Assembly (NCBI GenBank): GCA_040902515.1 | Contig: JBBDXB010000002.1 | Location: forward strand, 1 to 49,998 | Reading direction: 5' to 3' | DNA length: 49,998 bases | Source: Patescibacteria group bacterium | GTDB taxonomy: Bacteria; Patescibacteriota; SICC01 | Shown: positions 18,071-26,450 of the stretch, in pieces | Layout: each line of letters starts with the position of its first letter | Position numbering within the stretch: the stretch's first letter is position 1 | Notes under the pieces: model-generated | What the model was told of the DNA's origin: nothing | Seen by the model: only the letters and a program-made list of their open reading frames with translations | Databases searched by the model: none | Position numbers and translations under genes: made by a program

Positions 18071-18625
18071 CTATTTCCGTTTCCGGGTCGAACGCCGCGT
18101 GGAGCCTTTCGTCTCGAGCACCACCCATTCGTTCTTGTCGATCACCGAGTTGGGGATGACGTGGACCCTCCCGTCCGGCGTCCGGATGCGCGTCTTCCGG
18201 GCCGTCATGCCCACCACGTAGCCGACGGTCCCCTTCTCCCCCGCCCGTACCTTCGCTCCCGGTTGGAAGTTCCGGTCGGCGGCCAGGGACAGTCCCGACA
18301 AGGTGTCCGCCACCAGCGGCGCGATCCCCGTCGAGACGAAGAGGGCCACGATCACCGACGAGCCGGTCACCGCCACCAGGACGTCGTCCAGGCCGAGCTT
18401 CTGGAGCAGTACCAGAAAGAGGACCACCCAGAGAAATGCGCGCGTCAGGGAGTACAGGAGCATTGCCAGTGCCTTCGGAACGTTGCTCGCCCGGAGCACC
18501 GAGGCGAGGATGAAGATCGCCAGCTCCACCAGCAGATAACCGATCAGGAGCGTGATCAGGAACTCCGGCAATCGGTCCCAGAAGTTCTGGCCGACGATCT
18601 CCAGTCTCGAGACGAACGCTTCCAT
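18071..18625 (-). CDS. Small-conductance mechanosensitive channel family protein, truncated 184-aa form
   Basis: Three TM segments, then the MscS pore/beta-domain signature ..IAPLVADTLSGLSLAADRNFQPGAKVRAGE..GYVVGMTARKTRIRTPDGRVHVIPNSV... The large C-terminal vestibule domain is mostly missing. TAGGAT lies 8 nt before ATG 18625. Confidence 0.82.
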   Translation of the reverse strand: MEAFVSRLEIVGQNFWDRLPEFLITLLIGYLLVELAIFILASVLRASNVPKALAMLLYSLTRAFLWVVLFLVLLQKLGLDDVLVAVTGSSVIVALFVSTGIAPLVADTLSGLSLAADRNFQPGAKVRAGEKGTVGYVVGMTARKTRIRTPDGRVHVIPNSVIDKNEWVVLETKGSTRRSTRKRK

Positions 18626-18763
18626 ACCCGTCTATCCTACCCGTCCGTCCATCGGGAAGTCCAAGCAAGGGTTCGTCCGGATCACCGCCGGAGAGGGCCG
18701 GATCGTCGTCCTCGTCGGACTCCGGAAGCAGGGCCACCTCGATCGCCGCCAATTGGTCTGCGC

Positions 18764-19033
18764 TCAGCCGAGTGTCCGGATCGCCAAGCTCGTGAGGATC
18801 TGCAGTACCACCAGGGCTAAGATCGGCGAGAAGTCGATCCCAACCATCGGCGGCAGGATTCGCTGGAACGGCTTCAGGATCGGTTCGGTCACCTCCATCA
18901 GGAACCGGCCCAACGCGCCGCTCGGATGCGGATTGATCCAGCTCATCAGCACCCTGATGATGATCAGGATCTGCAGCGTGAAGCTCAGGATCTCGATGAA
19001 CTGGACCAGGAACATCCGCGTCATGGTTTCCAT
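18764..19033 (-). CDS. yggT: YggT/Ycf19-family small membrane protein
   Basis: Start moved to ATG 19033 (METMTRMFLVQFIEILSFTLQILIIIRVLMSWINP...PILKPFQRILPP..GIDFSPILALVVL), 89 aa with 2 TM. The upstream part of ORF 18764..19135 is Trp/Arg-rich junk. Confidence 0.8.
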   Translation of the reverse strand: METMTRMFLVQFIEILSFTLQILIIIRVLMSWINPHPSGALGRFLMEVTEPILKPFQRILPPMVGIDFSPILALVVLQILTSLAIRTLG

Positions 19034-19802
19034 CTTCCCTTGCCCGCCGGTCGGTTGCAATCGGGCGGACTGCCGGATCCGGCTCCGCCGGAGCTGCTTC
19101 CGACTCACTGACGGCCAGCGCCACCCAGGGGTCATCCGCGCCGATATCCCTTCGCCGCAGGGCGATTTCCGCGGCCAGCCGGCGGTCCAGCGGCTTCCGC
19201 TGAGCGCGGAGCCGGACCAGGAGCGTTGCCAGGTCTACCGGCAGCGCGGCGGGCGCCACGTCCGGATGTCTGTCGCCGTCTTCCGGCACCGTGACATCCT
19301 GCGGCAGGTGGTCCGGTCCGGAATCGTCCGGGAACAGGCCGGGGTGACGCTCGCTCCGGCGCGTCGGGGGTCGCTCGGAACGGGTGTCGGCGTGAGCCCG
19401 AGGAGGGGTTTCCGGCCGGTGGTGCCGGTCGGGCGATGTCCCGCCGCCCCGCGGAGGCTCATCGTCCCGTTCCTCGTCCTTACCCCGCCGGATCTTTGAC
19501 AGGATCTCGGACCGCTTGCCCATCGGATCCCGCGCGAATTCGGCCAGGTCCGTCTCGAGGTCGCCGTCGTAGTAGGCCCCCGGTTCCGCGAGCAAAGTGA
19601 ACGCCTCCGCCTGGGTGTCCTCGCGCAGTCCGGGAATTTCCGCGACGCTACCCCAGAATTGCCCCGGGTCCCGGACCTCGAGGTTACTGCTTCGGATATT
19701 CCGGACGATGACCTCGCGGTCGGCTCCCGCAAGCGGCAATCCGGCGATCAACTCCTCTTTCGAAGCGGTGTGTAAGGTTTCTGTTTCAGGACTGATTGGC
19801 AT
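19034..19802 (-). CDS. Hypothetical acidic/Pro-rich protein, first gene after the cobalamin riboswitch; 3' end unresolved (no in-frame stop until 17751)
   Basis: ATG 19802 lies 16 nt after the riboswitch terminator. Third positions are GC-rich and residue composition is balanced (MPISPETETLHTASKEELIAGLPLAGADREVIVRNIRSSNLEVRDPGQFWGSVAEIPGLRED..). The coding signal fades where the frame enters yggT (about 19033). The end coordinate is where the coding signal stops, not a stop codon. Confidence 0.4.
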
Positions 19803-19818
19803 ATGTGGTTGTTTGATT

Positions 19819-19841
19819 AAAAAACGCGCCATCAGGGCGCG
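19819..19841 (-). terminator. Intrinsic terminator, expression platform of the cobalamin riboswitch (and only visible terminator after nrdJ)
   Basis: Minus strand: CGCGCC-CUGAU-GGCGCG followed by UUUUUU (plus-strand a19819..a19824). An alternative CAGGG-AAUCGCG-CCCUG helix overlaps its 5' arm. Confidence 0.75.
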
Positions 19842-19990
19842 ATTCCCTGACCTATCGACCGTAGGTCGGAACATGTCGCGGACGAACCGGTACTCTGGCT
19901 TACCTCGCGCCCGTCAGGGCGCTCGGATCACAGTGGCGGGACCGCGGCCGATTCTCACGGCGCTTCCCCGGCTCCATCCGTTTCCATCAA
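19842..19990 (-). promoter_or_regulatory. Cobalamin (B12) riboswitch aptamer
   Basis: Minus strand: GGAAACGGAUGGAGCC-GGGGAA(19969..19964)-GCGCC-GUGAGAAUC(19958..19950)-GGCCGC-GGUCCCGCCACUGU(19943..19930)-GAUCCGA-GCGCCC-UGAC-GGGCGC-GAGGUA-AGCCAGAGUACCGG(19900..19887)-UUCGUCCGCGACAUGUUCC. This matches the conserved core and the B12 box of the cobalamin riboswitch family, with a P1-like closing helix. Confidence 0.8.
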
Positions 19991-20019
19991 GGGTTATTAA
20001 AAGGACTGCTCGGGCAGGG

Positions 20020-22407
20020 TCAGCCGCACGCGGAGTAGCCGCAGGTATGGCAGACCTTGCACCCGGACGCGAACTCGAGCGGGCCGCCGCAGTCGGGGCA
20101 AATCCCGGCAAGGTTGGTGGCGTCCTGCTGGGACGCTTCCGCGGCCCCGGCGATGGCCTGGGCCTTGGCGTCGACTTCCGCTGCCTGGGCCTTGGCGTCT
20201 TCCGGTAACGCCGACTGCTGCTCAGCGCCACCAGTCTCCGGAAGTTCCAGCTTGGGGTAGAGGTAATCCTCGATCGTCTTGCCGATCGCGTCGGCCACGG
20301 ACGTCACCTTCCGGTCGCCGAATCCGTAGGGTTGGTCGGTGATGCCCCGGAGCGATTTGATGATCAGCCGCGGCGCCACACCGGCCCGGAGGCTGTGCGA
20401 AATCAGGCGGCAGATCGCCTCGGTCATGGAGGCGCCCAGGCCGCCGGCCTTGCCAAGCATCGCGAACACTTCGAGCAGATTACCGTTCTCGTCGGTGTTC
20501 ATGGTGACGTACATCTTGCCGTAGGCGGTCATCTGGCGTACGGTCACGCCCTTCAGCTTGCCGGGACGTGGCGCCAGGATGCCACGGGCCATCTCCCCCG
20601 GTTTCGCATCGCCGGCAGCCTCCGCCGGCTGCTCTTCTTTCTTCTCGTCGGAGACGCGCGTCAGCACCGCGTCACGGCTGCCGTCGCGATAGAACGTGAC
20701 GCCCTTGAGGCCCATGTCGTAGGCGGCCTCATACAGCTCCTTCACCTGCTCGACCGTGTAGGAGTTCGGCGCGTTCACGGTCTTCGAGATCGAACTGTCG
20801 GTGTAATCCTGGATCTTGGCCTGTACCTTCACGTGGTCCATCGGCGTCAGGTCGTTCGAGGTCACGAAATAATCGGGTATGTTGCCGGCCTTGGCATCCT
20901 CCGGATGCTCGTCTTTCCAGGCCTTGAAGAGCGGATGGTAGAGGATGTGCTCGCCGGTCCGGTCGGTACGCTTCATCGCGAAGTCGTAGACCGGCTCGAT
21001 GCCGGAGGACACGCCGGAGAGCAGCGAGGTCGTCCCGGTGGGGGCCTGGGTCAGGACGACCGCGTTGCGGATACCGTACGTCGCGATCTTGTCCTGGACC
21101 TCTTTCGGGAGCCGTTTGATGAACCAGCCCTGCATGTACTTGCTGCGATCGAACATCGGGAACGGCGCCTTCTCCTTGGCGATTTCCGCCGATTCGTCGT
21201 AAGCGGCGTCACGGATGGTCTTGTAGATCTTGTCGATCACGTCCAACGATTTGTCGGAACCGTAGCGGAGCTTCATCTTGATCATCGCGTCACCAAGACC
21301 CATCGTGCCGAGACCGGTGCGGCGGGTGCCCATCTGCTGCTCCTCGTTCTCCTTGAAGAAGTAGTAGTTGGCATCCACGACGTTGTCCAGCGCGCGGATC
21401 GCGACGCGGGAATGGTCGGCTAGGGACTCGTAGTCCATCTCGCCCTCTTCGGTAACAAACGCGGAGAGGTTGAGCGCGCCGAGATTGCAGACCGCCCAAG
21501 CACCGAGCGGCTGTTCGCCGCAGGGGTTGGTGGAGATCAGCTGCTCGTAGTACCAGGTGTTGCTGCGCTTGTTCGAGCGCTCCATGAAGTGCAGTCCCGG
21601 CTCGGCGGACGCGTGGGCGCTCTCGCAGATCTTGCTCCAGACTTCCTTGGCCTTGACCGTCTTGTAGTGCTTGCCTTCCCACTTGAGCTCCCAGTCACCG
21701 TCCTCCTTGACTGCCTTCATGAAGCCGTCGGAGATGCAGACGGAGATGTTCGCACCGAGCAGGCGCTTGAGGTCACGCTTGGCGCCGATGAACTCTTCCA
21801 CGTCCGGGTGGTCGTCGTTGAGCATCAGCATCAGCGCACCGCGCCGGCTCCCGCCCTGTTGGATCACCTCATGGGTGGCGACCGAATAGAGCTCACCCCA
21901 CGGGATCGGACCCGAGCTGGTGCCGTTAACCGTCTTGATGTGGCTGCCGCGCGGACGGAGTGAACTGAGGTTCACGCCGACGCCGCCGGCCCGGCACATG
22001 ATCTCGGTCATCGCCTTGAGATTATCGAGGATGCCGTCCCGCGAATCCGTCGGTGACGGGATCACGAAGCAGTTATAGAACGTCACTTGGTGTCCGGTCC
22101 CGGCTCCGGAAAGGATCCGACCGGCCGGCACGAACTTGAAACCCTCCATCGCCTTGTAGAACCGCTGCTCCCAGTGCTTCCGCTTGGCCGGCTCCTCCAC
22201 GAGGGCGAGCGCCTTGGCGACGCGGCCCCACATCTGCTCGGGGTACGCTTCCATCGGGTTGCCCTCCTGGTCCTTCCAGGCGTAGCGGTCCAAGAATACC
22301 TTCTTCCGGATGCCGTCGAGCTCGGTACCCTTCTCCACCGGCACGGGCCGTTTCAACGCGGCCTGCTTTAGGTTTTTCGGGGGTTTTTGAATGGTGGCTT
22401 CGGGCAC
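20020..22407 (-). CDS. nrdJ: Adenosylcobalamin-dependent (class II) ribonucleotide reductase
   Basis: 795 aa. N-terminal ..KKVFLDRYAWKD.. and the core ..NPCGEQPL.. are typical of class II RNR. Cys-rich C-terminal tail CPDCGGPLEFASGCKVCHTCGYSACG. GTG start at 22407 with SD AAAGGAGCATC. Confidence 0.95.
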   Translation of the reverse strand: MPEATIQKPPKNLKQAALKRPVPVEKGTELDGIRKKVFLDRYAWKDQEGNPMEAYPEQMWGRVAKALALVEEPAKRKHWEQRFYKAMEGFKFVPAGRILSGAGTGHQVTFYNCFVIPSPTDSRDGILDNLKAMTEIMCRAGGVGVNLSSLRPRGSHIKTVNGTSSGPIPWGELYSVATHEVIQQGGSRRGALMLMLNDDHPDVEEFIGAKRDLKRLLGANISVCISDGFMKAVKEDGDWELKWEGKHYKTVKAKEVWSKICESAHASAEPGLHFMERSNKRSNTWYYEQLISTNPCGEQPLGAWAVCNLGALNLSAFVTEEGEMDYESLADHSRVAIRALDNVVDANYYFFKENEEQQMGTRRTGLGTMGLGDAMIKMKLRYGSDKSLDVIDKIYKTIRDAAYDESAEIAKEKAPFPMFDRSKYMQGWFIKRLPKEVQDKIATYGIRNAVVLTQAPTGTTSLLSGVSSGIEPVYDFAMKRTDRTGEHILYHPLFKAWKDEHPEDAKAGNIPDYFVTSNDLTPMDHVKVQAKIQDYTDSSISKTVNAPNSYTVEQVKELYEAAYDMGLKGVTFYRDGSRDAVLTRVSDEKKEEQPAEAAGDAKPGEMARGILAPRPGKLKGVTVRQMTAYGKMYVTMNTDENGNLLEVFAMLGKAGGLGASMTEAICRLISHSLRAGVAPRLIIKSLRGITDQPYGFGDRKVTSVADAIGKTIEDYLYPKLELPETGGAEQQSALPEDAKAQAAEVDAKAQAIAGAAEASQQDATNLAGICPDCGGPLEFASGCKVCHTCGYSACG

Positions 22408-22432
22408 GATGCTCCTTTCTATGTATTAGTAT

Positions 22433-22939
22433 TTATGCCAATTGCCGGTCCCGCGAACGGGAATCCTGCTTACCCAAGACTTTTTCTTGCTTGCCGAGGA
22501 CTTTCTTGATTTCCGCGTCCAGCTCCGAAAGGTCTGCAAACTCACGATACACACTGGCGAAACGGATGTATGCGATGTGGTCGAGCTTCTTGAGGTGCCG
22601 CATGACCGCTTCGCCGATGCGCCGGACCGCCACTTCGGCTTCACCCTGGCTCCGGATCTCCTGTTCGGACCGGATTATCACCCGTTCCAGGGCCGTCTCG
22701 GAAACAGGACGTTTCTCGCAAGCCCGGCGGATTCCGCGGGCCAGTTTCTCACGTGAGAAAGGCTCACGGTGGCCGTCTTTCTTCACGACGCTGAGCAGCG
22801 GGGTCTCGATGCGTTCGTAGGTCGTGAAGCGGAATCCGCAACGTTCGCACTCCCGGCGGCGGCGGATCGCCGGCTCCGCCTCTACGTCGCGTGAGTCAAT
22901 CACGCGAAGCGAATCGGTTTGGCACTGTGGACATTCCAT
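22433..22939 (-). CDS. nrdR: Transcriptional repressor NrdR (Zn-ribbon + ATP-cone)
   Basis: 168 aa. MECPQCQTDSLRVIDSRD..RRRRECERCGFRFTTYERIE followed by an ATP-cone. The C-terminal tail contains a tandem KVLGKQ(E/D) duplication. Confidence 0.95.
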   Translation of the reverse strand: MECPQCQTDSLRVIDSRDVEAEPAIRRRRECERCGFRFTTYERIETPLLSVVKKDGHREPFSREKLARGIRRACEKRPVSETALERVIIRSEQEIRSQGEAEVAVRRIGEAVMRHLKKLDHIAYIRFASVYREFADLSELDAEIKKVLGKQEKVLGKQDSRSRDRQLA

Positions 22940-23002
22940 AACAAAGGGATTTTTTATCCTTATCGGACTCCGTGGTCAATATGGCGGGAGCGGTACGTGG
23001 AA

Positions 23003-23050
23003 CCACTAGATATAGGATAGCCTGCTCACACTAGCTACCATATTTAGCGT
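23003..23050. promoter_or_regulatory. Two tandem NrdR boxes upstream of nrdR-nrdJ
   Basis: CCACTAGATATAGGAT (23003..23018) and CTACCATATTTAGCGT (23035..23050) match the remembered palindromic consensus acaCwAtATaTwGtgt at 12/16 and 11/16. Centre-to-centre spacing is 32 bp (three helical turns). A candidate promoter TTGACC (23057..23052), 18 nt, TAGTGT (23033..23028) straddles box 2. Confidence 0.55.
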
Positions 23051-23157
23051 GGGTCAAGGATGTGAACGGCTTGGTTGTTCGTCCATCTAGCTTGTCCGGG
23101 TACTTTCGCGACTAACTGAACAACCGTTCTAAATACCCGTTCATGCGAAACGGACGG

Positions 23158-23192
23158 GGAAAAGAAGAACACCGCCATCCGGGGCGGTGTTC
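23158..23192 (-). terminator. Intrinsic terminator after ftsZ
   Basis: Minus strand: GAACACCGCC-CCGGAU-GGCGGUGUUC (10-bp stem) followed by UUCUUUUCC. Begins 21 nt after the ftsZ stop. Confidence 0.7.
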
Positions 23193-23212
23193 TCAGTGGT
23201 TCGTTGGGAACG

Positions 23213-24328
23213 CTAGTTCATTTTCCGGCGGATGAATGCCGGAACGTCGAGTTCGTCGGAGTCCGCCTGCTCAGTATCGGGCGCATCCGCGCCAGCGGCC
23301 GCGTCGAACGCCGGCGCTGCCGCGGCACCCGCGCTGGCGGTATCCTGCGTATCGTCACGCCGGGTGACTTTCCGGGTTTCGCCGGCGAATCCGGTGGCGA
23401 TGACCGTGATCTTGATCTCGCCCGCCAGTTCCTCGTCGATGACCGCCCCGAAGATGATGTTGGCATCCGGGTCGGCCGCATCGGTGATGACCTTCGCCGC
23501 CTCGTCGATCTCGTGCATGGTAAGGTCGTTGCCGCCGGTGATGTTGAAGAGGATGCCCTTGGCCCCGTCGATCGCCAGCTCCAGGAGCGGCGAGTCGATC
23601 GCGCCGGTAGCGGCCTCGATGGCCCGGTTTTCACCGGTACCGTGACCGATTCCCATCAGTGCGGAGCCGGCGTTGGCCATCACGGCCTTCACATCAGCGA
23701 AGTCGACGTTGATCATGCCGTGCTGGGTAATCAGGTCGGCGATGCCCTGCACGCCCTGGCGCAGCACGTCGTCGACGACCGAGAAGGCGTCGAACATAGA
23801 GGTCTTCTTGTCGACCACCTGGAGCAGGCGGTCGTTCGGGATGGTGATCAGCGTGTCTACGCGGTCCTTCAACTCCTCGATGCCGGAATCGGCGATCCGC
23901 CGGCGGCGCTGGCCCTCGAAGCCGAACGGCCGGGTGACCACGCCGACGGTGAGGGCACCGACTTCGCGGGCGATGTCAGCTACCAGGGGTCCCGCGCCGG
24001 TGCCGGTACCGCCGCCGGCCCCGTAGGTGACGAAGATCATGTCCGCGCCACGGAGCGCCTCGGCGATCTCGCCGCGGTCCTCTTCGGCAGCCTTGCGGCC
24101 CATCTCCGGATCCGCGCCGGCGCCGAGACCACGGGTGGTCTCCTTCCCGATGTGGATCTTGAGCGGGGCCTGCGAGTTGTGCAGGGCCTGCGCATCTGTA
24201 TTGATCACGATGAATTCGATGCCCCGCATCTGGGATTGGAGCATCCGGTTTACCGCCGCATTGCCGGAACCGCCGACGCCGACGACCTTGATCCGGGCAA
24301 AAGTCTCAATTTCTGGCTTAACTTCCAT
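23213..24328 (-). CDS. ftsZ: Cell division GTPase FtsZ
   Basis: 371 aa. Tubulin signature [15 protein letters not shown] and N-terminal [16 protein letters not shown]. Confidence 0.96.
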   Translation of the reverse strand: MEVKPEIETFARIKVVGVGGSGNAAVNRMLQSQMRGIEFIVINTDAQALHNSQAPLKIHIGKETTRGLGAGADPEMGRKAAEEDRGEIAEALRGADMIFVTYGAGGGTGTGAGPLVADIAREVGALTVGVVTRPFGFEGQRRRRIADSGIEELKDRVDTLITIPNDRLLQVVDKKTSMFDAFSVVDDVLRQGVQGIADLITQHGMINVDFADVKAVMANAGSALMGIGHGTGENRAIEAATGAIDSPLLELAIDGAKGILFNITGGNDLTMHEIDEAAKVITDAADPDANIIFGAVIDEELAGEIKITVIATGFAGETRKVTRRDDTQDTASAGAAAAPAFDAAAGADAPDTEQADSDELDVPAFIRRKMN

Positions 24329-24364
24329 ACTTTGGGTGACCTTGTTTAATGACTGGTCAGTGTA

Positions 24365-25606
24365 CTACGGCAAAAACCGTTTGACAACTGACCTCACGCT
24401 ATCAAGGTATTGTGCACCCGGCAAGCCACTGAACCCTTTTGTTGTTCTGGTCTGTTCATGACTCTCCAGGCCCCACAGCATGAGTCCGATTGACGTGGCG
24501 AAAGACGGATCGTCCACCTTGTCCACCATCCCCTTGAGGTCGGACGGAAAGCCGACCTGGGCAGGCAGTCCGAGATAATCCTTGGCGAGGTCGACCAGCC
24601 CCGGCAACTTCGCTCCCCCGCCGGTGAGGACGAGACCTGCCGGAAGCTTGCCGTTACGATCCAGCTCCTTGAGCTTCTTCTGGACGTGGCTGAGAATCTC
24701 GGTCATCCGCGCCTCGACGATCTCCGCGATCAGCTTTTTCGCGACCTTGTTCTCGTCGCCGTGCGCCAGGGCCCCGATATCCACGGTTTCCTTGCCACGC
24801 ACGTCCTTCGGAAGCGCGTGGCCGTACTCCAACTTGACCCGCTCTGCGATGTCCGTGTCCGTCTTGAGCCCGATCGCCAGGTCGTTGCTGACGTGGCTGC
24901 CGCCGATCGGAATCACGGCCGAGCCGTACACATCGCCTTCCTCGAAGATCGCCAGATCGGACACGCCGGCACCGATGTCGAGTAATGCCACCCCCAGCTC
25001 CTTCTGACGTTTGCTGAGCACGCCCTGGGCGGCGGCCAGCCCGGAAAGCACCATGCTCTCCACTTCGATTCCCGCCTGGTATACGCATTTACCGAGGTTC
25101 TTGATCTGCGGCGTCGCCGCCGAGATCACGTGCGCTTCGACCTCCAGACGGATGCCGTTCATGCCGACCGGGTCCTTGATCCCTTCCTGGCCGTCGACGA
25201 TATATTCGCGCGGGATGACGTGGATGATCTCCTTGTTCGCCGGCACGGCGACGGCTTTGGCCGCCTCGACCGCCCGGCTGACGTCCTCGGCACCGACTTC
25301 GGAATCGGCCCGGGAAACCGCTACGACTCCGCGCGAGTTCTGGGATTCGATGTGACTGCCGGAGATGTTCACGAACGCATTGCCAACGGAGGCGCCAGAG
25401 GTGCGCTCCGCCTCCTCGACGGCCGCCGCGATTGACTTCACGGTCTCCTCGACGTCGATGACGTTGCCCCGACGGAGTCCCGCGGCAGGCGCGACCCCCA
25501 CGCCGATGATCGAGGGATCCGGATCTTCTCCGGCGATTTGCCCGATCGTAACCCGGATGAACTCCGTGCCGATGTCGAGTCCTACGACGATGTGTTCCCG
25601 TGCCAT
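24365..25606 (-). CDS. ftsA: Cell division protein FtsA
   Basis: About 413 aa, actin-fold (..VVGLDIGTEFIRV.., ..LDIGAGVSDLAIF..). Immediately upstream of ftsZ. The ORF-track start at 25609 is a TTG. ATG 25606 is preferred. Confidence 0.93.
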   Translation of the reverse strand: MAREHIVVGLDIGTEFIRVTIGQIAGEDPDPSIIGVGVAPAAGLRRGNVIDVEETVKSIAAAVEEAERTSGASVGNAFVNISGSHIESQNSRGVVAVSRADSEVGAEDVSRAVEAAKAVAVPANKEIIHVIPREYIVDGQEGIKDPVGMNGIRLEVEAHVISAATPQIKNLGKCVYQAGIEVESMVLSGLAAAQGVLSKRQKELGVALLDIGAGVSDLAIFEEGDVYGSAVIPIGGSHVSNDLAIGLKTDTDIAERVKLEYGHALPKDVRGKETVDIGALAHGDENKVAKKLIAEIVEARMTEILSHVQKKLKELDRNGKLPAGLVLTGGGAKLPGLVDLAKDYLGLPAQVGFPSDLKGMVDKVDDPSFATSIGLMLWGLESHEQTRTTKGFSGLPGAQYLDSVRSVVKRFLP

Positions 25607-25648
25607 CAAAAAATTCGCTCAGCGAGCCAGTTTGTATTCTCCTTCACT

Positions 25649-26038
25649 TTAGGCTGCGAGTTCGAGCGCCGCAAGCAGCCGGGGTCCGAGGACCAGCGCA
25701 CCGACCCCTACAGCGACGAGCGCCGCCAGCAGCACCGCGCCGGCCAGCGCGTCCTTGATCCGCCGGACCTTCTCGTGATGTTCGGGATGGATGATGTCCA
25801 GGAAGTCTTCGACGACCGTGTTGATCACCTCCGCGGTCAGGACGAGTCCGATCGCCAGGAGGATGATCGCGAATTCCGCCCCGGAAATCCCAAGGATCAG
25901 TCCGGCCAGGATTACCAGCGCCGTTGCCGCCACGTGGATCCGCAGGTTCTGTTCGGTGCGTATGACGTGCCAGACGCCACGTGCGGCGTAGCGGAAACTG
26001 CGCGGTAGACGCTTGATGTCGAGATCCTTAACCATCAC
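25649..26038 (-). CDS. dgkA: Diacylglycerol/undecaprenol kinase (DAGK_prokar family)
   Basis: 129 aa, 3 TM. ..FRYAARGVWHVIRTEQNLRIH.. and ..LTAEVINTVVEDFLD.. motifs. Start is GTG 26038 or ATG 26035. Confidence 0.85.
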   Translation of the reverse strand: MMVKDLDIKRLPRSFRYAARGVWHVIRTEQNLRIHVAATALVILAGLILGISGAEFAIILLAIGLVLTAEVINTVVEDFLDIIHPEHHEKVRRIKDALAGAVLLAALVAVGVGALVLGPRLLAALELAA

Positions 26039-26450
26039 TTGTTTCCATCATAATACGCGCCGTGCGTTCGGCCATCGCTCCCGCGCCTGCGTCCGTCCCG
26101 TCCTCGTGTCCCAGCAGGTGCAGGACGCCGTGGATAACGGTTTCCTGGAGCCGATCCTCAAGTCCCCGGCCGTCGCGGTCGGCATACCGCCGCACGACCT
26201 CGGGGCAGATCACCACTTCCCCGCCAGCACCGTGCGGGAAGGAGGCGTCGAATGGATAACTCAGTACGTCGGTCGGTCGGTTGATATCGCGATGGGTGGC
26301 ATTCAACTGCCGGATCGCATCCGGCCCCACGAACGACACGCTGATCCGTTCGGCTGCTCCGTCCTCGGCCCTGACGGTCGTACGGACCAGCCGCTCCACC
26401 TCTGCCGCGGGCAGGCCGCCAGGACCGCTGACCTCGACCTCAACGGCCAC
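26028..26450 (-). CDS. ybeY: Endoribonuclease YbeY (rRNA maturation)
   Basis: HGVLHLLGHED zinc motif. Start set to GTG 26450 (MAVEVEVSG.., 140 aa). The longer ORF-track N-terminus overlaps the upstream gene and is Arg/Ser junk. Confidence 0.87.
   Translation of the reverse strand: MAVEVEVSGPGGLPAAEVERLVRTTVRAEDGAAERISVSFVGPDAIRQLNATHRDINRPTDVLSYPFDASFPHGAGGEVVICPEVVRRYADRDGRGLEDRLQETVIHGVLHLLGHEDGTDAGAGAMAERTARIMMETSDG

Noticed and set aside
17751-19874. 707-aa minus-strand ORF that could be read as one giant gene
   Set aside because: It overlaps two well-supported genes (yggT, mscS) in other frames, the T-box leader and the ileS start. Its third-position GC is only coding-like between about 19802 and 19034. 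The first 24 codons (19874..19803) run through the riboswitch terminator. Only the 19034..19802 part is kept, as a tentative CDS.
22745-22760. Perfect 16-bp palindrome TTTCTCACGTGAGAAA inside nrdR, resembling a parS site (TGTTTCACGTGAAACA)
   Set aside because: Only 12 of 16 positions match parS, with two mismatches per half-site. A perfect 16-bp palindrome is expected by chance roughly once per window of this size (my estimate: 4^-8 per position). It lies 10 kb from parAB. It is worth a ParB ChIP or PWM check, but it is not supportable as a feature. I found no closer parS match by eye.
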